A DNA stretch of 64,000 nucleotides from contig CAVPXI010000014.1 in the NCBI GenBank assembly GCA_963709585.1, positions 96,001-160,000 on the forward strand. Reading direction: 5' to 3'. The notes beneath the pieces were generated by a model, which saw only the letters and a program-made list of their open reading frames with translations, did no database searches and was not told the origin of the DNA. This DNA is from Candidatus Dormiibacterota bacterium (GTDB lineage Bacteria; Chloroflexota; Dormibacteria; Aeolococcales; Aeolococcaceae). The translations under genes were made by a program, and so were the position numbers. Positions within the stretch are counted from its first letter, which is position 1, and each line of letters begins with the position of its first letter. Of this stretch, positions 40,396 to 52,131 are shown piece after piece.

Positions 40396-41657
40396 CCCGC
40401 CTCCGATTCGGGCAGCAGGAGCTCAGGCAGCGGCGCAGCCATGACACTGGCCTGCCCAGCGGTGAGCGGGGAACGGGTAGCGCCATCGTTGCCCCGGCCG
40501 ACAAGGTGGATGAGGCGCCCTCGAATGTCAACCTCGTCGAGCAGTACGGGACGGCCCAGGCGGCGCGAGAGCTGTGCCGCCTCAAGCGTCTCGACCACCG
40601 CGAGCCCGTTTTCCCCATCGGTCTGAGGAGCGGCACCGGTCGCGGCGCACTCGACAAAGTGCCGGTCCTGCACGGCGAGCGGCTCGTCCGGGGGGACGAA
40701 CGGCACCATGATGTCGCCGTACCGATACGACGTCGGCGGCTGACTGATGTTGCCACTATTCGGCGAAAGGCACACACCCTTGTCGAGGACGCGTATCCGC
40801 TCCTCAGTGGCAACGTCGTCGTAGATGGCCATCTTCTTGCTCCCGACGGCCGTCACGCGGCGCACCTTGCAGGGGTCCAGCCAGCTCACGTGGATATTTG
40901 CGGACAGCCCCTGGTCAGCGAACAGGTCGTCGTAGAACAACCGCAGATACGCGACGTCCTCGAACCGGTGGTGAGCGTGTCGCGCGGCCCACGCCTGGAC
41001 CGCGACTGGCTTGCGCCCCAGCACGAAGTTGAAGATGGAGATGTCATGGGGCGCCAGATCAAGAATGACGTTCACGTCGTCCTGATAGAGCCCGAGATTG
41101 AGCCGGGCGCTGTCGAGGTAATACAGCTCGCCGAGGTCTCCGTCGCGCACCAGCTCGCGGAGCTTCCGCACCGCAGGGTTGTACTCGAATGTGTGGCCGA
41201 CCATAAGGACCACGCCCGCCGCGGAGGCCGCATTGATGAGCTGCAGCGCGCCCTCGGTCGTCGGCGCGAGTGGCTTCTCGACCAGGACGTGCTTACCGGC
41301 TTCTATCGCTTGCAGCGCGACTCCCACGTGCGTGCTCGGCGGAGTTGCGACCACGACGGCGTCCACGTGCTCGAGCGCCGCCTGGAGGTCAGTGTGACCG
41401 AGTGCCGTCCTGAAGCTTCGAGCCAGCTTGTCCAGGCGCTCGGCGCGGCTATCGACCATGACGACCTGAGCGACGCCCTCGGTTGCGTCGAGTACCCGGA
41501 CGTGTTTCGATCCCCAGTATCCGCAGCCAACGACACCAACCCGCAAACCCGGTTCACGAGCCGTGAATGCATGCAATCCACCCAAGCCAAGGCTCGTCGC
41601 GTCCTCGACGCCTTGTACCGCTCCGGGTGGGCGCGCTCCGTCCATGCGCCTAGCCAC
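40392..41657 (-). CDS. Gfo/Idh/MocA oxidoreductase (WbpB-like)
   Basis: GCGYWG, GKHVLVEKPLA, VGHTFEYNPAV, DLAPHD; RBS AGAAGGGGA before GTG. Confidence 0.92.
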   Translation of the reverse strand: MARRMDGARPPGAVQGVEDATSLGLGGLHAFTAREPGLRVGVVGCGYWGSKHVRVLDATEGVAQVVMVDSRAERLDKLARSFRTALGHTDLQAALEHVDAVVVATPPSTHVGVALQAIEAGKHVLVEKPLAPTTEGALQLINAASAAGVVLMVGHTFEYNPAVRKLRELVRDGDLGELYYLDSARLNLGLYQDDVNVILDLAPHDISIFNFVLGRKPVAVQAWAARHAHHRFEDVAYLRLFYDDLFADQGLSANIHVSWLDPCKVRRVTAVGSKKMAIYDDVATEERIRVLDKGVCLSPNSGNISQPPTSYRYGDIMVPFVPPDEPLAVQDRHFVECAATGAAPQTDGENGLAVVETLEAAQLSRRLGRPVLLDEVDIRGRLIHLVGRGNDGATRSPLTAGQASVMAAPLPELLLPESEAG

Positions 41658-41752
41658 GATGTCCCCTTCTAGCCCTACGGCCCCCTACGATTCCCCAATG
41701 TCGAGCCGCTGCTTATGTCCCGATAAGCAGACGTCCCCGCTCGATCGGCGAA

Positions 41753-41782
41753 AGTATAGTGCGAACGTTGCGGGTTCGTCAG
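41753..41782 (-). promoter_or_regulatory. Sigma70-like promoter of the polysaccharide operon
   Basis: Minus strand CTGACG-N18-TATACT, about 95 bp upstream of the Gfo start. Confidence 0.5.
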
Positions 41783-41830
41783 CGTCCGCACGATTCCAGA
41801 CATTTCGCCACCATTGCCTTCAACTCGGAG

Positions 41831-41927
41831 GTGCAGACAGGTGCACATAGGTGCACATAGATGCACGCAGGTGCACATAGATGCACGCAGGTGCACATAG
41901 GTGCACGCAGGTGCACGCAGGTGCACG
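41831..41927. repeat. Intergenic tandem repeat, ~10 copies of the 10-bp unit RTGCACRYAG
   Basis: gtgcagacag gtgcacatag gtgcacatag atgcacgcag gtgcacatag atgcacgcag gtgcacatag gtgcacgcag gtgcacgcag gtgcacg. Confidence 0.95.
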
Positions 41928-41957
41928 ATCGCGTTTGTCATCCGTCCGTATGCGGGC

Positions 41958-43250
41958 TCACTTGGGGCACCCATAGGTGGCGTTGCATTCGTACTGCTGG
42001 GTCGAGTCGTCGAATGACACCGTCAACCATGTGAGGTTGTTCTCCTGGGCCTGCACGCGGGAGATGTAGCCGTTGGCAGCGATCGAATGCCAGTCACCGG
42101 AATACCACGACCCGATGCAGCCCCAGATATCGCCGGCCGCGTAAGTGCCGGTGCCGGTCTGCTTCAGCCACGACTCCCAGCCGTTGTAGCAACCGCGGAT
42201 GTAGGCGCCCCAGTAGTCGGCGGCCGCCGCAGTCGAGTCGCGGGTGAAGGGGAAAGTCCCGTTCTGGTCGCCTGCGTACGCCGGATACGGCGCCTCCCAC
42301 GCGGGGTCATCCCAACTCATGATTCCTAGGATTGAGAAGGTCTTCGGGCACAGACCTGCCTTCGGCGTGTACGGATAACCGCCAGTAGTGGTCAGCGGAT
42401 CGACCTGGTAGTTGTGCACCTCCGAGGCGAGCACGCCCTCGGTTGCAAGCCCGGTGCAGTAGGTGGTCGATGCGGTGGTCGGCGATGAGAAGCTGTCGCC
42501 ACAGCCGCGATTCCAATAACAGCTGCCGCCTCCACCGCCCTCTGACGCGTCCCCGGGGAAATGAAGGTATTGGAACCAGGTGGACTCCTCGACTGCGTCA
42601 GCCCGGATGAGGTTGTCGGGCAATCCCCACTTGCACGCCGCCCACTGGAGGATCTCGTCGGTCGTCCCGGTGAACTGACCGTCAACACGAGGCATGAGCC
42701 AGGAATCCCACATCGAGTTGTACGTGTCTCCCTGATCGCGCGGCCGGATGGCGAACGACGCCGCCATGGCTCCCGGCGCGGGCATCGTGGTGTTCTGCTG
42801 CTTGTTCTCTGGTCGCGGTTCCCAGGTGGAGTCGTGGACGGCGGCAGCGCACTGCGAATCGGACGGCAGCGGCGCGCCCACTGGTTCGAGCGAGAAATAC
42901 CCGGATGCCGGAGGCGGCCCGTCAGATGGCGCGGGGCTGGGCGTTGGCGTGGGAGTTGGGGCTGGTGTTGGTGTTGGTGTTGGTGTCGAGGTCGCCGTCG
43001 GTGTTGATGTCGGGGTTGGCGTGGGCGCGGGTGTTGTCGTGTCAGTTGGCGACTCCGTCGCCGCGGCTGTCGGCGTGCTCGGAGCGCACGTCTTTGACTT
43101 GTGGCATTTGAGGGCGCCGTTCGTCAGCGACGACTGGCTCAACGGGCCCGTCCCGGCAATGGCCACACCCAACGCCGAGGCAATCGCGAGCGCGACGAAT
43201 GCTGTCGCCATGCCGGCTCGTGCTCGTCCCGGTCGGCGAAAGTTGCTCAT
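41958..43250 (-). CDS. Secreted Cys-rich protein with a Pro-Thr linker and a lysozyme/lytic-transglycosylase-like domain (paralog 1)
   Basis: RBS GGAGGT; signal peptide; (PT)n linker; WAACKWG...IRADAVEESTW (SLT-type E-S motif), GIMS, AADYWGAY, IGSWYSG. Confidence 0.65.
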   Translation of the reverse strand: MSNFRRPGRARAGMATAFVALAIASALGVAIAGTGPLSQSSLTNGALKCHKSKTCAPSTPTAAATESPTDTTTPAPTPTPTSTPTATSTPTPTPTPAPTPTPTPSPAPSDGPPPASGYFSLEPVGAPLPSDSQCAAAVHDSTWEPRPENKQQNTTMPAPGAMAASFAIRPRDQGDTYNSMWDSWLMPRVDGQFTGTTDEILQWAACKWGLPDNLIRADAVEESTWFQYLHFPGDASEGGGGGSCYWNRGCGDSFSSPTTASTTYCTGLATEGVLASEVHNYQVDPLTTTGGYPYTPKAGLCPKTFSILGIMSWDDPAWEAPYPAYAGDQNGTFPFTRDSTAAAADYWGAYIRGCYNGWESWLKQTGTGTYAAGDIWGCIGSWYSGDWHSIAANGYISRVQAQENNLTWLTVSFDDSTQQYECNATYGCPK

Positions 43251-43510
43251 GGTCGGACCTCCGGTTCGCTCGGCCCGGTCGGGTAGCCTGGCGCGCATCG
43301 AGGAACGGCGAGCTGCGGAGGCCGCTAGCTGACGACCCGTCCGGTGATGCCCGGACTCCGGGCGCACCCGCCGCGGAATCGGCGTGCTCCATCGGGAAGC
43401 TAGCAGCCGTTACACGGATGTGAATCGGTGGCAACCGATCCTTCATGTGGCTGTTACACAGCTACCACGGGTCGGCGATCCGAACGTCGAACGCGAAGTC
43501 CGCTCAGCGA

Positions 43511-44763
43511 TCAGGCGGGGCAGCGGTACACGGGGTCGCACTCGTACTGCTGGGTCGAGTCCTTAAAGGATGCGGTGAGCCAGGTCAGGTTGCTCTCGGC
43601 CGCCTGCACCTTGGATATGTACGCATTGGCTGCGGCCGTGTGCCAGGCCCCCGAGTACCAAGACCCGATGCAACCCCAGATGTCGCCTGCCGCGTAGGTG
43701 CCCGTGCCGGTCTGCTTCAACCAGGATTCCCAGCCGTTGTAGCAACCGCGCATGTAGGCGCCCCAGTAGTCGGCGGCCGCCGCAGTCGAGTTCGCGGGTG
43801 AAGGGGAAAGTCCCGTTCTGATCGCCCGCGAAAGCCGGATACGGTGCCTCCCACGCTGGGTCATCCCAACTCATGATCCCGAGGATTGAGTAGGTCTTTG
43901 GGCACAGGCCCGACTGCGGCGTGTACGGATAACCGCCGCTACTGGTCCGCGGATCGGCCTGGTAGTCGTGCACCTCCGAGGCCAGCACGCCCTCGGTAGC
44001 AATCCCGCTGCAATAGGTGACCGAGGCGTCGGTGGGTGACGGGAAGGCGTCGCTGCAGCCGCGATTCCAGTAGCAACTGCCTCCGCCCCCACCCCCATAT
44101 GACGCGTCGCCGGGGAGGTGCAGATACTGAAACCAGGTCGAACTCGACGACGGCGTCGGCACGGATGAGGTTGTCCGGCAAACCCCATTTGCATGCCGCC
44201 CACTGGAGTATCTCGTCGGTGGTGCCGGTGAACCGACCATCGACACGGGGCAGTAGCCAGGAATCCCACAACGAGTTGTAAGTGCCGGCTCGATCGCGTG
44301 GCCAGCTGGAGAAGGAGGCCGCCATCGCCCCGGGCGCGGGCATCGTGCTGTTTTGCTGGCGGTTCTGCGGTCGAGGTTCCCAGGTTGAAGAATGCACTTC
44401 GGCAGCGCACTGAGAGTCCGAGGGCAGCGACGACGAGGCGCCCGCCGGTTGTAATGAGAAATACCCGGATGCAGGCGGTGGGCCGCTGGACGGCCTCGGT
44501 CTCGATATCGGCGTGGGGCCAAGCGACTGTCTGGGGCCTGAGGGAGCACCCGCTTGGGGTCCACCCGGCGTTGCCGGGTTCGACGGCAGATTCGCGGTGG
44601 ATATGGGCGTGAAGCATGACGCCCCCGGCCGGCAATCCCCTGCGTCAGGCGGTTTACTGTGAGTAGTGGGGCTGCTCGACGCACACGCGGCGGCGAGCGG
44701 GACCATGCCAAGGATGGCAGATATCGCAAACCGACGCCGAAGCCCGCCGCGTTGCCATCTCAT
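43511..44763 (-). CDS. Lipoprotein paralog of the lysozyme-like protein (paralog 2; frameshifts at ~44141 and ~43791)
   Basis: Lipobox LAAAC. Pieces in ORFs 43939..44766, 43563..44729 and 43511..43864 are collinear and highly similar to paralog 1; both breaks are single-base insertions relative to it. Confidence 0.7.
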
Positions 44764-44907
44764 CAAGCAGTCCCCTCGTGGTCAGCGTACGCCACCCACT
44801 GGTCGACGAGTATCCGACGGGACCGAAGCTAGAACTGCAACCTCGCCGCGAAGATCCCCGACCTGCTCCGCCTCGGCATTCCGTCGTTTCCAGCCGCAAA
44901 GAACGGA

Positions 44908-44931
44908 GCCGGAGCGGTAACCCGCTCCGGC
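44908..44931 (-). terminator. Rho-independent terminator-like hairpin
   Basis: GCCGGAGCGG-TAAC-CCGCTCCGGC, followed on the minus strand by TTCTTT, 30 bp after the stop at 44962. Confidence 0.65.
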
Positions 44932-44961
44932 CCCTGTCTCCCGAGGCTTGTCGGTGGCCGA

Positions 44962-47152
44962 CTACGGCGCCAAGTTCAGCGATGTGCCGAAGTTTGCGAA
45001 CGGGTCTCTCGTCCCACCACACGTCGGGTCAGTGCTGATGTAGTAGCTGGGAGCGCAGTTGGGATACTGGATGTACTCCGAGGCGAAATAGAACCCCTTT
45101 CCGGCGACGTACACGGCGGCTCCGTAATCCCCCCATCGGGGCCGGATGTTGAAAAAGGTCGGGTAGGGCTGGTACTCGGAGAATCCGTCCTGGGGTGCCT
45201 GGCCTAGCGCCGTGATGTGGATCTTCTTCCCCGAGAGCCCGTCCGAGCTTGTCGTCACACGGCCGTAGGCGCTGCTCGGGAAGAATCCGCCACTGTCCGC
45301 GTGCGTCGGTCCGCCGTTACCCGACAGCGTGAAGGACATGAGGGCTCCGCTGTTGCCGGTACCGCCGACGAGCGTTGGGAACTCCAGATCTTCGTGCGCA
45401 GCTGCAACGTATCCCTGCTTCGTCAGGGTGAGGGTCGGGCTGGCTCCCTTGAACGACGCGGTGCTCACCACGAAGTAGGCGGCGCCCATGTGGTCCTCGC
45501 TCGTCTTGCCGAACTGCTCACTGATCAGCGTGCTGACAGCGAACCAGATCTGGCCCCCTGCATACGATGCCTGGGTGGCCCCGTCCCCGTTGGTTGCGAT
45601 CCCTGACTCAGGGCACGGGTCGGCGGCTGCCGCGTCAAGCTCCTTGCAGTAGGTGCCCTGATCCAGCGTTCCAGCTCGCTGAGGACCAAGGCCGCACGGA
45701 GTACCGCCGCTCGCCAGACAACTCTCGCCGTTATCTGTATACGACTCCAGCCCGGTGAACAGATCTCCGCCGAACCCTATGGAACCACATGAACCGCAGT
45801 TGAAGCTGTTGAGGTTGGACAGTCCGGTCCAGAAAAACACCGCCGCGCGGTTGTCGCCGGATGACGGCGGGAGTGGCGGAACCTCGAATGACTGGAAGTC
45901 CGTCGTCGCGACCATGAAGCCAGAGCCGCCGTAGTTGTTGTTGAATTCGCTGCTGACCGTCGAGCTGGCGGGAATAACCTGAAACCAGCACGTCAATCCG
46001 GCCGTCGGCCCGCTGTTGCAGCTGCCGTCAGGGGGTTGGATCCCCGGGTCGGTGCCCATATTCTCTTGCAGGAGGTTCACAAACGCGTAACCCAACTCGA
46101 GGGCGCTCTTCTGGATGGCAAGCTGCTGCGCTCCGTTGAAGCCGAAGCATCCGTAGCTCGGGCACGGAGGGTAGCTGGAGGACGGTCCGAGGTTGAACTC
46201 GTCATAGAACATCAGGAACGCGTCCCGGGTGGTCGCCGTTTTCGCGTAGTCGTTCAACAGCTGACCGGCCCCTGGATCGCTCGTCGACCCAGGCAAGGTG
46301 TTCGGGTCGACGAAGTACACGTTCCAAGTCGTGGCAGTCGGGTTCGCGGTGTTGCTCACGGCGAGGCCTTCGCGACAGGCGTCATGACCGCCGAGGAAGC
46401 AAGCGCCGGGCGCGAACGCGCCGCCGCTCGATTCGGGCGTGGTGGAGACGATCTCTGTGATGAACCAGTGTCCACCGTTGTCGGCGTCGTACTGGCACAT
46501 GATGTCGCCGGCGCTGCTATAACCAAGTCCCGTGAGGCCCATCAGCGCGTCGAGCGACGTGTCTCCTGTCACGGGTCCAAGCGAGGCGTTGTAGATGCGA
46601 ATCTCGCCGATGTTGATCGAACTCCATGACATAACCGTTGCCCGCGCACAGACCCTGGTCAGGAGGTTCGATGTCGAAACCGTAAAGTCCCCCATTGGCC
46701 GTCGCCGCCAAGCCGTAGGGGTTGGTAGTCGCGCCGCTGCTACTCGAGCTGATCGAGTCGCATCCCGCTCGGACCGGCGCACATGTCACCGTCGGGAACG
46801 GAACGGCGGGGGCCGCGGTGAGCGCCCGTCCACCTACGCGAGCGGCGTGAAGGTTGGGAAGCTGCTGGTGCGACGTCGATGCCCGCGTCGCGGTGCTTGC
46901 TACCCGTGCAGCGGCAGAGGTTGTCTGCACAGCGCGTGTCAGATGGCCGGTTTGGAGATGGGAGGCGGTTCCCAGGGAGGCGACCCCAACGGACGCCCCG
47001 GCCGTGGTCGCTGTTGCTCCGGCCACTGTGACCAGCGAGCCCAGCACCAGGCCTGCCGACGCCACCATGAAGGCTGCTCGCTGGACCCGCGGATGGCCGC
47101 GGGGTCGCCCTCTCTGCGCGACAAAAAAGGTCCGCTCGTTGCGATCGCCCAT
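44962..47152 (-). CDS. Large secreted Cys/Gly-rich hypothetical protein, probably beta-rich (frameshift at ~46621)
   Basis: RBS GGAGGAG before ATG 47152; signal-like segment. IEPPDQGLCAGNGYVMESIN is restored by removing one base; GDIMCQYD, NDYAK and RWGDYGAA motifs follow. Confidence 0.7.
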
Positions 47153-47234
47153 CCCAGCTCCTCCAGTGCCCCGGACGTCTGCCTTGCGGGCCGGCTGCGC
47201 CCACCGACCTCCGACCCGCAAGTGGCGATACAGG

Positions 47235-47264
47235 ACTATGGTCGGATGAGTGCGTGTGTGTCAA
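47235..47264 (-). promoter_or_regulatory. Sigma70-like promoter
   Basis: Minus strand TTGACA-N18-CATAGT upstream of the 47152 start. Confidence 0.55.
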
Positions 47265-47364
47265 GTGGTGGGCTCGGCGCGCTTGACCACCTCGAGCGGC
47301 TGCCTTTCAATTGAGTGGCCGGACGTCGATCGCTCTCGCGTTCCGAGGAGCGTCAGCTACGGCC

Positions 47365-47796
47365 CTACATGCAATGTGAACAGGTAGTCCGGGGAACTCC
47401 AGGTGCGCTCATCACCGTAGAGCCACCGCCTTTAACGTTCGGCTGAGCAGGAGGGACACCACCCGTCGGGGGGCGGGAGACGGCACCCGGAACTGAGTGC
47501 GTTTCGGCGGCGCTGGAAGACGACCCCGTGCCGGCCGCAGCACCCGGGACCAGGGCGTGCGCGGAGCCATGGGCCCCGACCGCGTTGGCACCGGCCCGGC
47601 CGCTCGCGCTAGCGGCGGAGTATGTCGGGGCATGCCCGCTGAGCTGTTGGAGCCCGCCGAGGGCTTGCGTCGTCAGGAGAGCGGCGATTGCGACGGCGAC
47701 GACCGCCAAGGCCACAACCAAGGGGCTAAGGGGCCAGGCCCGACGAGCAACAGCTACCACTTCCGAATTAAGTATGCCACGCGATGCACCTCCCAC
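47365..47796 (-). CDS. Hypothetical membrane-anchored low-complexity protein with C-terminal CxxC
   Basis: One hydrophobic helix, Ala/Gly/Ser/Pro-rich tail ending TCSHCM. Start uncertain. Confidence 0.45.
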   Translation of the reverse strand: MGGASRGILNSEVVAVARRAWPLSPLVVALAVVAVAIAALLTTQALGGLQQLSGHAPTYSAASASGRAGANAVGAHGSAHALVPGAAAGTGSSSSAAETHSVPGAVSRPPTGGVPPAQPNVKGGGSTVMSAPGVPRTTCSHCM

Positions 47797-47814
47797 CCAC
47801 GCGAATCCGGCCGA

Positions 47815-48093
47815 TCAAAGCAGCGTCTCCTCCTGCTCAACTCGCTTGTTCCGGCGGCGCTCCGGTCCCGTCTTCGCGTCGGACGCCGGGTGCTCCACGA
47901 TCGCGACGACGCGCGTCGCCATGAAGCGCCCGACGCGCACCGGCTGGCCGGTGCGGGTCAGTTCCGCCACTTCGACAATGCCTCGCGCGGTGGTCACCTC
48001 CACCCGCCTGCCGGCGCGCGTTGCAGTGATCTCGAACGTCCGCGCGGTTCCGGTCCCGGCGTCGACGATGACCTCCACGGTGTCTCCGATCAC
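47815..48093 (-). CDS. Small hypothetical protein
   Basis: 92-aa beta-rich ORF with typical codon usage, divergent from the aldo/keto reductase. Confidence 0.55.
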   Translation of the reverse strand: MIGDTVEVIVDAGTGTARTFEITATRAGRRVEVTTARGIVEVAELTRTGQPVRVGRFMATRVVAIVEHPASDAKTGPERRRNKRVEQEETLL

Positions 48094-48135
48094 CCGCCCA
48101 CTCTAGCGACAGTGTCGATGATCCAGAATCCGGGT

Positions 48136-49173
<1,038 letters not shown>

Positions 49174-49359
49174 GCGGGACGCGAGGTCATTGCGGGCACC
49201 AAAACGGTGGATGCGGTCGCCATAGTGCCCGTCCGTCTAAGTCACAGACGGTGCCGCTACGGATTGCGCCAGGTCCGGCTACACGACACGAGCCAGCCCA
49301 TCACCCGGACGATCCTCGGCTGGGGTCCCTGACTCGTTGGAGAAGCCGCAAGCGTCACG

Positions 49360-51691
49360 GTGAACCCTCTCCTCCGCCACGACTGGCGGGAACGTTCTCG
49401 TTTCACCTCGTTTCTCCTCCTGCTTCCGATGGTCGTTGTGGCCGGGGCGTCGATCGGGGGAACTCGCCGTGAACAATTCGGCGTCGACAGCGGCGCAGCG
49501 AACGGACTCGATCGACGTGCAGTTGGTGAACGTCCGAGAGCATCTGCGCGACGCCGCTGTCAGTGGCACTGCGTTTCTGGTCAGTCACGTCGCCCAGGAC
49601 GCCGCCGGGCTGACCTCCGCAGGGCACGAGGTGGATGTCGAGCTCGCCGCCTTGAAGTCCTCCGCTGATCTGACCCCTCCCGAGGAGTCGGCCCTCGCTG
49701 TGGTCCTGCGCGCATGGCGCGTGACCGACGCTTCGCGCCTCGACGTGCTGGCGAGTGGGGCAGCGAGTGCATCGGCCGTCCAGGTGATTCTGCGGCCGGT
49801 GTTTGAACAGGAGATGAACACGTCGTTGACGGAGGTCACGTCGCAGCTCACCACACTCGACGGCCTTATTGCAGCCGACGTGACCGCCCGGCGGCATGCG
49901 CGCGACACCACGCAGACCGTGTCCACGGTTGCCATCGCGGTGGCGATCATGATCGGATTCGTGGCCGCGCTCTGGCTCTTGCACCAGCTCAAGGAGCGAC
50001 AAGAGACCGTGCGCCGGCGGGAACGGCGGCTGTCGGCTCTGGTCGAGCATGCCAGTGATGGGATCCTGGTGGTCGACGGAAGCGGTCAGGTCACGTTCGT
50101 GACCCCGTCGTTCAACCAGGAGTTCTTTGGGAGGACGGCTGCGACGACTTTCGAAGGGATGATTCACCCCGAAGATCGCGATCATGCCGCAAAGGCATGG
50201 CAACGCGTGACGTCCGGCGGCGAGGGCACAGTGAGTGAGGTGGAGGCACGCCTCCTGCGCCTGGACGGCGAATGGCGTCACGCCTGGGTGAAGCTGACCA
50301 ATCGGCTTGGTGACCCCGGAGTCGATGGGATCGTCCTCAATGTCACCGATGTCAGCGACCGCCACGAGTTTGAGAAGACGCTGACTCACCAGGCTCTTCA
50401 CGACGCCTTGACCGGTCTTCCCAACCGCGAGCTGCTCCGCCACAGGATGGAGCGCGCAAACGCCACTGCCGCGCAGCAGGAACACAGTGTCCTGTACCTG
50501 GACTGCGACGACTTCAAGCGCATCAATGACACGTTCGGCCATGCAGCCGGCGATCAATATCTTGTGGAAGTGAGTCGAAGGTTCGTCGCGTCCGTCCGCC
50601 CTGAGGACACAGTTGCGCGTCTCGGTGGAGACGAGGTCGCCATTCTGCTCGAGAGCACGGGCGCCGAGGGCGTCAGTCTTGCCGCCAAACGGATCGTCGG
50701 CGCGATGGGCCTTCCAGTTGTCATCGCGGGAAAGGCGGTGCATCCCACCGCCAGCATCGGCGTGGCATCAAGTCAACCAGGCGCCCTCCACCCCGAGACG
50801 CTTCTGGCCGCCGCGGATCTGGCGATGTACTTCGCCAAGCGCGGCGGTAAGGGCGGTTACTGCGTGTTCGCCGAACAGATGCGCACAGACCTGGTGGATC
50901 GGCTCGAGCTCGGTGAGGACCTGCGCCAGGCCGTCGAAGCCACCACCCTCCAAGTGGAGTACCAGCCCGTCATCGACCTGCGGACCGGCAGCATCATCGG
51001 GGCGGAGGCGCTGGCTCGGTGGCATCACGCTTCGCGCGGCTGGGTGGCCCCGACACGTTCATCCCTCTCGCAGAAGAACTCGGCTTGGTTGAACGCATCG
51101 ACCAGTGGGTCCTGCGTGAGGCATGCACAAGGGGACGTTCGTGGATCGAGGGTGGGCTGCACCAGTTCAAGATGGCCGTCAACCTTTCAGGCCGTGACCT
51201 GGAGCATCCGGACCTGGTCGAACAGATCGCCCGCATCCTCCACGAGACCGGGTTTCCCGCGCGCCAATTGGAGATCGAGCTGACCGAAGGGGTGGCGATC
51301 AACGAGTTCGAGCGGTGCCGAGGCGGCATTGGAGGCGCTCCAAGCTCTCGGGATTCACCTCGCGATCGACGACTTCGGCACGGGGTATTCAGCACTATCC
51401 CGCCTGCGCAACCTCCCATTCGACCAGCTGAAGGTCGACAAGGCTTTCGTGGACGACATCGACCTGCCTCACCGGGGGCCACTTCTTGTCGACACCATCC
51501 TCGAGATGGCCCACGTGCTGGGACTTGACGTGGTGGCGGAGGGGGTTGAGACCACCACCCAAGCTGATTATCTGAGGAAGCGAGGATGTGACTTCGCCCA
51601 GGGATTCCTGTTCAATCGACCGATGGGCCATGCTGAATTGACGCTCCTTCTGAAACGTCAGCAACCCGGGGTCCTCGCTCTACCTGCCTGA
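49360..51691 (+). CDS. Membrane-bound PAS-GGDEF-EAL c-di-GMP signalling protein (three frameshifts: ~49461, ~51049, ~51307)
   Basis: Two TM segments; PAS (IHPEDR); HDALTGLPNR, DCDDFKRINDTFGH, RPEDTVARLGGDEV; YQP, AEALARW, ELTE, IDDFGTGYS, VVAEGVET, spread over four ORFs. Confidence 0.9.
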
Positions 51692-52028
51692 CGACTTCAG
51701 CCGGGCGCAGAGCGGCCCCTCCCAACGGCTGCCCGACGTAGTCGGCGTAGTTCACGTCAATCCACTCCGGCTCACCGTCGAGATACTCGAGTTGCTTACG
51801 GTAGTCGGTGTCGGTCTCGGGTCGATCGGCATTCGCCATATAGCTTTCGCGATTTTTGAAGCGAACGATCATCATGATCCGATCCGGATCCTTGTCCTCC
51901 CAGGCGACTTCGTACGAATGCATTCCGTGGCCATAGTCCTCGGCACTGGGCACCATCTCCCGCAGCACCTTCTCGTACTCCGCGCGACGGCCTGGCTTGA
52001 CCTTCGCCCGCATGATGGTTCCGTACAT
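51612..52028 (-). CDS. Antibiotic biosynthesis monooxygenase (ABM)-like dimeric alpha/beta barrel protein
   Basis: RBS GGAGGAG; MYGTIMRAKVKPG, FKNRESY, LDGEPEW. The true stop is probably near 51680-51700, since the tail overlaps the convergent gene. Confidence 0.75.
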   Translation of the reverse strand: MYGTIMRAKVKPGRRAEYEKVLREMVPSAEDYGHGMHSYEVAWEDKDPDRIMMIVRFKNRESYMANADRPETDTDYRKQLEYLDGEPEWIDVNYADYVGQPLGGAALRPAEVVRQVERGPRVADVSEGASIQHGPSVD

Positions 52029-52131
52029 CGCTCTCCTCCACGTATGCCCGCAAGGGCCGAACCGTCAAGGGAAGTATGCGCAGCGTGTCAGCGGTTGGAT
52101 AGGCCGCTCCAGTTCGCATCGCGACCCGCCT

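Noticed and set aside
41831-41927. Repeat array as a CRISPR
   Set aside because: Units are 10 bp and contiguous, with no unique spacers and no cas genes in the window.
42935-43040. GGTGTT-like hexamer repeats as a DNA element
   Set aside because: They encode the Pro-Thr linker of the secreted protein.
41958-44763. Paralog pair as a diversity-generating retroelement template/variable repeat
   Set aside because: Both copies are full genes, differences are not adenine-specific, and no reverse transcriptase is present in the window.
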